Assembly: GCF_900289195.1 (NCBI RefSeq)
Contig: NZ_OMOH01000002.1
Coordinates: 181,206-213,205 of the forward strand
Length of the DNA stretch: 32,000 bases
Direction of reading: 5' to 3'
Origin: Propionibacterium ruminifibrarum
GTDB lineage: Bacteria > Actinomycetota > Actinomycetes > Propionibacteriales > Propionibacteriaceae
Shown: positions 27,252 to 32,000 of the stretch, in pieces
Layout: each line of letters starts with the position of its first letter
Numbering within the stretch: the first letter of the stretch is position 1
The notes under the pieces: generated by a model
The model's input: the letters and a program-made list of their open reading frames with translations, nothing else
Told to the model about the DNA's origin: nothing
The model's database searches: none
Program-made: the position numbers and the translations under genes

Positions 27252-28175
27252 ATGGAGAAAACTCGCGCACGCAGCAACGACGGCATCGACGGCAAGGACT
27301 CGGTGGGCCTCTACCTCGAGTCGATCGCCAAGACGCCGCTGCTCGATGCAGCCGAAGAGGTCGAGCTCGCTCGACTCATCGAAGCCGGTCAGTACGCCCA
27401 GGCGATCCTGCGCGGGGACGCCGAGACCTCAAGTGACGCCACACGCGAGGAGCTGGAGCTCATCGCGGAGGAGGGTGAGCGCGCCATGCAGCACTTCGTG
27501 CGCGCCAACCTGCGTCTGGTGGTCTCCGTGGCCCGCAAGTACGGTCGCTCTCAGATGCCGCTCCTCGACCTTGTCCAGGAGGGCAACACCGGCCTGATTC
27601 GCGCGGTCGAGAAGTTCGACTACGCGAAGGGGTTCAAGTTCAGCACCTACGCCACGTGGTGGGTCCGTCAGGCCATCAGCCGTGGCATCGCCCAGCAGGG
27701 CCGTATCGTGCGGCTGCCCGTCCACGTGGCGGAGCAGGTCAACCAGATCCTGGCGGTGCGTCGCAACCTCGAACGCAACCTGGGCCGCGAGCCCGAGGTG
27801 GCGGAGATCGCCGAGGAGCTCGGCGTCGAGGAGTCGAAGGTCGTCGACCTCATCCGCTACTCGCGCGAGCACGTCAGCCTCGACGCCCCTGTCGAGGACG
27901 ACGGTGACACCTCGCTCGGCGATCTCATCGCCCGCGAGACCGCGCCCGGGCCCGACGAGCTCGTGCTCGACGCGGAGGACCGCACGCGTCTTGAGGGCAT
28001 GCTCTCGGACCTGGACGAGCGCTCCGCCGACGTCATGCGCCGCCGCTACGGCCTGCTCGACGGCCGCCAGGCCAAGCTGGCCGACATCGGCGCCGTCTGG
28101 GGCATCACCGCCGAACGAGTCCGCCAGATCGAGAGGGCCGCTCTCAACCAGCTGCGCCAGACCGCCTCGGTGTGA
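27252..28175 (+). CDS. sigB: Group 2 (principal-like, non-essential type) sigma-70 factor, SigB/HrdA-D-like
   Basis: Within ORF 27147..28175. ATG 27252 (MEKTRARSNDGIDGKDSVGLYLESIAKTPLLDA) has GGAAGGGA upstream; ATG 27231 is an alternative. Regions 2-4 are conserved ([58 protein letters not shown]; KLADIGAVWGITAERVRQIERAALNQLR). It lacks the long N-terminal extension of the principal sigma. Confidence 0.9.
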   Translation: MEKTRARSNDGIDGKDSVGLYLESIAKTPLLDAAEEVELARLIEAGQYAQAILRGDAETSSDATREELELIAEEGERAMQHFVRANLRLVVSVARKYGRSQMPLLDLVQEGNTGLIRAVEKFDYAKGFKFSTYATWWVRQAISRGIAQQGRIVRLPVHVAEQVNQILAVRRNLERNLGREPEVAEIAEELGVEESKVVDLIRYSREHVSLDAPVEDDGDTSLGDLIARETAPGPDELVLDAEDRTRLEGMLSDLDERSADVMRRRYGLLDGRQAKLADIGAVWGITAERVRQIERAALNQLRQTASV

Positions 28176-28201
28176 CGCCGCCGAGCCGACTCGGGCGATA
28201 G

Positions 28202-28250
28202 ACGCGGTGAGGGGCCGCGATCCGTAACGGATCGCGGCCCCTCACCGCGT
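28202..28250. terminator. 49-bp perfect palindromic hairpin between convergent genes (bidirectional terminator candidate)
   Basis: ACGCGGTGAGGGGCCGCGATCCGT (28202..28225), then A, then ACGGATCGCGGCCCCTCACCGCGT (28227..28250). The 24-nt arms are perfectly complementary. It lies between the sigB-like stop (28175) and the tesB stop (28276). Confidence 0.7.
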
Positions 28251-28275
28251 TCTGAGGAGGAACCGCACGGTCTGG

Positions 28276-29154
28276 TCAGGTGAGAATCTCGCGTTCTGTT
28301 CCGAGCACCCGGATGAGGCCCTCCTGCGAGCACGAGGCGACGAGCTTGCCGTTCTGGAAGAGCCTTCCGGTGGCGATGCCCAGGCTGTTGGAGGCCGAGG
28401 GCGAGAGCATGTCGTAGAGCAGCCACTGGTCGGCGCGGACCGCGCGGTGGAAGTGCATGATGTGGTCGAGCGTGGCCACCTGCAGGTGCGGCGACATGTA
28501 GGTGACCGAGTGCGGGATCACCGTCACCGACAGCAGGGTCAGGTCCGACAGGTAGGCCAGCACGGCCTGGTGGATGGCGTTCTCGTCGGCGGGCAGGGCC
28601 TCCGTCGTCCGCACCCAGACACGCATGTGCGCGGGGTGGTTGGCCGGCTCGATGATCCCGCCCTTGCTGGAGTCGCCGGCGAAACGCACGTCCAGGGCGT
28701 CCCACTCGTGCCACAAGGGCGAGGCCCCGTAGCGCTCCTCACTGATGTCGAGGAACCCCGGGCAGTCCTCCGGGGGCGGCACCTGCGCCGCGATCGGGTC
28801 CGAGTGGTCGAGGCCCTCCTCCATCTCGTGGAAGGAGTAGGAGCCGGTGAAGATCGTCCGGCCGTCCTGCAGGGCCGTGACGCGGCGCATCGAGAAGGTC
28901 CGCCCGTCACGCAACGGCTCGACGACGTACTCGATGTCGCCGGACGCCTGGCCCGGGCGGATGAAGTAGGAGTTCAGGGAGTGCGCGACCCTGCTCTCCG
29001 GAACGGTGCGGTAGGCGGCCATGAGGGACTGGGCGAGCACCTGCCCACCGTAGGTGCGTTGCATCATCGTCCGCGGGTGACGCCCGATGAAGACGCTGTC
29101 GGGATCCTGGGTCAGACGCAGCAGGTCGACGAGTTCAGCTGTTGTTGCCGGCAT
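28276..29154 (-). CDS. tesB: Acyl-CoA thioesterase II (TesB, double hot-dog fold)
   Basis: This is the C-terminal 292 codons of ORF 28276..29619, with start at ATG 29154 (MPATTAELVDLLRLTQDPDSVFIGRHP...). Contains RTYGGQVLAQSLMAA, HSLNSYFIRPG, VEPLRDGRTFSMRRVTALQDGRTIF, AYLSDLTLL and SLDH-type ATLDHIMHFHR. The upstream part of the ORF is Arg/Pro-rich junk. Confidence 0.85.
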   Translation of the reverse strand: MPATTAELVDLLRLTQDPDSVFIGRHPRTMMQRTYGGQVLAQSLMAAYRTVPESRVAHSLNSYFIRPGQASGDIEYVVEPLRDGRTFSMRRVTALQDGRTIFTGSYSFHEMEEGLDHSDPIAAQVPPPEDCPGFLDISEERYGASPLWHEWDALDVRFAGDSSKGGIIEPANHPAHMRVWVRTTEALPADENAIHQAVLAYLSDLTLLSVTVIPHSVTYMSPHLQVATLDHIMHFHRAVRADQWLLYDMLSPSASNSLGIATGRLFQNGKLVASCSQEGLIRVLGTEREILT

Positions 29155-29185
29155 GGTCCAACTCTGCCACGACCCGGGCCCGCGG

Positions 29186-29623
29186 TCAGCCGGTCGGGGC
29201 CTGCTCCCCGCGTCCGTCATCGTCCGACGGGGTCTCCTCGACGGCGTCCTGGATGCGTCGACCCAGCCGCTCGGCCCGCTCCGAGATCCGCTCGCCCAGG
29301 CCGCTGGAGGCCTCGACGACCTGGTCGCTGACCTGCGTCGCCCTCTCGCGCACCCCGACCGACCAGGCGTCGATCCTGTCGATGGCCGCGCCCGAGCGTC
29401 GGCGCGCCCGGTTGAACGCGGCGGCACCGTTGTCCACCGCCGCGTCGAGTCCCTTGTCGAGCCGGGATGCGGCGCGGGACGCGAACGCACCGCCCTTCTC
29501 GCGGGCGGCCCTGGCGTACTCCCCGGCCTGCTCGCCCGTCCTGCCCGCGGCCCTCCTGCCATGTGAGAGCAGGGAGCGCAGTCGACCCATCGTGCCGGTG
29601 GTCTCCTGCTCGGAATCACTCAT
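29186..29623 (-). CDS. Hypothetical 145-aa Ala/Arg/Gly/Glu-rich, predicted all-helical protein
   Basis: This is the C-terminal part of ORF 29186..30805. ATG 29623 (MSDSEQETTGTMGRLRSLLSHGRRAAGRTGEQAGEYARAAREKGG...) has AGGAGG 5 nt upstream. It ends 31 bp before the tesB start on the same strand. No family recognised with confidence. Confidence 0.55.
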   Translation of the reverse strand: MSDSEQETTGTMGRLRSLLSHGRRAAGRTGEQAGEYARAAREKGGAFASRAASRLDKGLDAAVDNGAAAFNRARRRSGAAIDRIDAWSVGVRERATQVSDQVVEASSGLGERISERAERLGRRIQDAVEETPSDDDGRGEQAPTG

Positions 29624-29777
29624 GGGACCCTCCTGGGATCGGGGACGTCCCCATCGTGCCGCACCCCGGGACCGGCGGGCAATGGGCCGGCGCGCCGATG
29701 ACGTAGGATCGTGACCTGTCGGCCACGAGTGCCGGCAAGCGTGCCACTCACCCGCCACCCCGTGTCCACGCCGATGA

Positions 29778-31541
29778 ATGGAATCGCCCGTGTCCAAGAG
29801 CACCGCCCTGGGCGAGGAGGCCACTCGCCCCAGGCTCCAGCACTCCCCCTCACTGCCCGACCCGCTGCGGCCCGGGGTGCAGGGTTGCCCCACGTGGATC
29901 GGCGGCGCCGACGACCACCTGGCCGCCTGGGTGCACACCCCCGCCTCGGGCACCGCCACGGGTGTCGTCGTCATCGCGGGCCCGGTCGGCCGCGAGTCCG
30001 TCATCACGTTCCGCACCCTGAGGACCCTCGCGATCGCCTGCGCCCGCGCCGGGCTGGTCGCCGTGCGCTTCGCCTGGCGGGGCGACGCGGACTCCCACGG
30101 GCTCACCGCGGAAACCGATCCGGCCGAGGCCTGGCGCTCGGACCTGACCCGGGTGCAGCAGTACGCCGCCGGGCTCCTGCCCTCGCACCCGGTGACAACG
30201 GTGGGGCTGCGCCTGGGCTGCGCCGTCGCGGCCCGCACCAGCGCGGTGGAGCACCTCATCAGCTGGGAGCCGATCGACGGACGACGCCAGCTGCGCGAGC
30301 AGCAGCTGCTGCGCAGCGTCGCGGTGCAGATCGCCCCCGAACCCGGCCTCACCGAGACACCTGGCCGGCACTGGACCTCCGCCCAGGCCGCATCCCTGCG
30401 AACACTGCGCCTCGAGACCGGGCCGGGCACCGAGGTGCGCGTGATCACCGAGGAGGACCGTGAGGCAACCGAACGGCTGTACGCCGTCGCCCCGCACCTG
30501 TCCAGGGTGCCGTGGGCGAGGATCGGCCAGATCGTCGCGATGATCCCGCGCGGGGCCCCGGGCACCGTCGAGTTCTCACCCGCCTGGTCCGTGCGCTCCA
30601 GCTGCGGCGGCACGTCGATCATCGAGGAGTTCGTGAGCGTCGACGGGCTGCCCGGCGTCCTGACCAGGCCGGCGGGCGAACCCCGGCTGGCCGTCGTCTT
30701 CACCAGCATCGGCGGCGAGCCGCGCGACGGCGGCACCGGGCTGTGGGCCCAGAGCGCACGCGAACTCGCCGCCGCCGGGGCCGCCAGCCTGCGATGCGAC
30801 CGCACCGACCAGGGCGACGCCTACACCGGTGTCACCGACGGCGAACCCAACCCGTTCAACGACCAGGGCGTCATGGACTGCGTCAGCGCCCTGCGCGCCA
30901 TGCACCGCGCCGTGCCGGGCGTTCCGGTGATGGCCGTCGGGGCGTGCATCGGCATGTGGCTGTTCGGCCGCGCCGCCGCCCACGCGCGCATCGACCACAT
31001 GGTCGTCCTCAACCCGACGGGCTGGAATCCCAGGCCACGCCACTACCGCAAGGTCCTCGAGGGCCCCTGGCTGAAGCAGTACCTGCAGCACCTGCGCGTC
31101 GACCGTCCCCTCACCGCCGGAGCCGCCGACGACGGGTGCACGCCCTACCAGCGGGCCAAGAGGTCCGCCAAGCGAGCCCGCCTGCGCCTGCTGCAGGCCA
31201 TGCCCCGCCGTACCTGGACGGCGCTGGCCGGGCTCGGCGTCCTCGACGACGCGGCGGTCCTGCTCGGCCAGATCCCGCCGACGACGGCCGTCGAGATACA
31301 CGTCGGCGAGGACGACGCCCCGCACTGGCGCACCGAGCGCGGCGACGAGGCCGTCGCCCGCCTCGACCGGCGAGGGCGGGCCGTCACGAGCAGTGCCGAG
31401 CGGACGCTCGACCACTCGCTGCTCGCCCATGCATCGCGGGCCCGGGCGCGCCGGATCATCCTTGACGCCGCCGCGAGACTCGCGGCAGGAGGCGCCCCAG
31501 CAGCTGCCGCGCACGGGTCGGGGACGGCTCCTCGGCCTTGA
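29778..31541 (+). CDS. Hypothetical 587-aa protein with two tandem alpha/beta-hydrolase-like halves
   Basis: ORF 29778..31541; the start is uncertain (ATG 29778 or GTG 29790). Third codon positions are very G/C-rich in this frame, which argues against the overlapping ORFs in other frames. Each half shows the same pattern: (L)xGxLxxPxG...(V/A)VV...G...(A)R.LA.AG...LR.D..G.GD(S/A)..., then a nucleophile-elbow-like turn. The turn is VGLRLGCAVAA in half 1 and VGACIGMWLFG in half 2. Confidence 0.55.
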   Translation: MESPVSKSTALGEEATRPRLQHSPSLPDPLRPGVQGCPTWIGGADDHLAAWVHTPASGTATGVVVIAGPVGRESVITFRTLRTLAIACARAGLVAVRFAWRGDADSHGLTAETDPAEAWRSDLTRVQQYAAGLLPSHPVTTVGLRLGCAVAARTSAVEHLISWEPIDGRRQLREQQLLRSVAVQIAPEPGLTETPGRHWTSAQAASLRTLRLETGPGTEVRVITEEDREATERLYAVAPHLSRVPWARIGQIVAMIPRGAPGTVEFSPAWSVRSSCGGTSIIEEFVSVDGLPGVLTRPAGEPRLAVVFTSIGGEPRDGGTGLWAQSARELAAAGAASLRCDRTDQGDAYTGVTDGEPNPFNDQGVMDCVSALRAMHRAVPGVPVMAVGACIGMWLFGRAAAHARIDHMVVLNPTGWNPRPRHYRKVLEGPWLKQYLQHLRVDRPLTAGAADDGCTPYQRAKRSAKRARLRLLQAMPRRTWTALAGLGVLDDAAVLLGQIPPTTAVEIHVGEDDAPHWRTERGDEAVARLDRRGRAVTSSAERTLDHSLLAHASRARARRIILDAAARLAAGGAPAAAAHGSGTAPRP

Positions 31542-32000
31542 CCGTCCGGCCCGTGCTGGGCACGTACAGGTCGTTCGTGTGCGGATGACGCCGATGGAAC
31601 CAGGCCCCGTCGACCTTCTTCCTGAAGACTGCCGGGTTGCCGGCGTACAGGCCCTCGGGACGTTCGTCCCCGCGAGGGCGCAGCATGGTGGAGCCGGCGG
31701 CCAGCACCGATCTCGCCGGCAGGTCCGCGCCGCCGAGCAGCAGGCAGCGGGTGCCGACGAAGCTGCGTTCGCCGATCGTCACCGGGTAGGCGGCCTGGGC
31801 GTCACGGCCCAGGTCGACGCTGTGCGTCAGGACGTTCGTGCCGTGGCCGGCGATCGTGGCGAAGGAACGCACGCGCACCGCGGCGGAGCAGTCGAGCTGG
31901 TGGCGGCTGAGCACCTTGGCGCCGGTCTCCAGGAAGAGGCCGTTCGGTTCCGGGTAGTGGGCCTTGTAGGTGGGGTGGGCCGAGATGAGGTTGAACTTGC
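31456..32000 (-). CDS. Left-handed beta-helix (hexapeptide-repeat) acyl/acetyltransferase, 5'-truncated by the window edge
   Basis: The track ORF 31456..31914 starts at an internal GTG, but the frame stays open to position 32000 (...KFNLISAHPTYKAHYPEPNGLFLETGAKVLSRHQ...). It contains hexapeptide-like repeats and IGERSFVGTRCLLLGGADLPARSVLAAGSTML...GLYAGNPAVFRKKV. Confidence 0.65.
   Translation of the reverse strand, partial: KFNLISAHPTYKAHYPEPNGLFLETGAKVLSRHQLDCSAAVRVRSFATIAGHGTNVLTHSVDLGRDAQAAYPVTIGERSFVGTRCLLLGGADLPARSVLAAGSTMLRPRGDERPEGLYAGNPAVFRKKVDGAWFHRRHPHTNDLYVPSTGRTVKAEEPSPTRARQLLGRLLPRVSRRRQG

Noticed and set aside
29624-30805. The N-terminal roughly 390 codons of the 539-aa minus-strand ORF 29186..30805
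   Set aside because: Only the last 145 codons, from ATG 29623 with an AGGAGG RBS, look genuine. The upstream part is Ser/Arg/Pro/Ala-rich and lies antisense to the plus-strand hydrolase-like gene, whose frame has far better third-position G/C bias.

Overview
This is a gene-dense chromosomal segment with very high G+C and codon position 3 almost always G or C, typical of Actinomycetota. I cannot assign a genus from the sequence alone. I support about 31 protein-coding genes. I found no rRNA, tRNA, CRISPR array, transposase or integrase.

Positions 7.2-28.2 kb form a conserved actinobacterial housekeeping neighbourhood:
- a TRAM/RumA-type RNA methyltransferase
- a tandem TrkA (CeoB/CeoC-like) pair
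- an OB-fold protein and a DUF3710 protein
- a DUF4235 protein and a DUF4193 protein
- a SepH-like septation protein
- an alkaline-phosphatase-family protein with a DUF5998-like partner
- an App1-like phosphatase
- an AcuI/YhdH reductase
- topoisomerase IV ParC and ParE, split by panE and an MFS transporter
- a small CxxC protein
- the principal sigma factor and a divergent group-2 (SigB-like) sigma factor

The flanks look more accessory. Positions 1-7.2 kb carry a single-strand block: a class II UvrA paralogue lacking the UvrB-binding domain, a DMT exporter, an ICMT-type methyltransferase and a GNAT. Next to it is a visibly lower-G+C islet with an ABM monooxygenase and a DUF3592-like membrane protein. 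That protein's TGA stop is followed in frame by 35 codons encoding a transmembrane helix. Positions 28.3-32 kb carry TesB, a 145-aa helical Ala/Arg-rich protein, a 587-aa internally duplicated alpha/beta-hydrolase-like protein with non-canonical nucleophile elbows, and a partial hexapeptide acyltransferase.

I did not recognise a clear novel multi-gene system. The best leads are the interrupted DUF3592 gene, the duplicated hydrolase-like protein, the UvrA2 block, a roughly 490-bp non-coding region with a 61-bp-period direct repeat upstream of trkA, and an ECF-type promoter motif upstream of the SigB-like gene.

All calls rest on reading the translations, on motif recognition from memory and on by-eye sequence inspection. 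No searches or computations were run.
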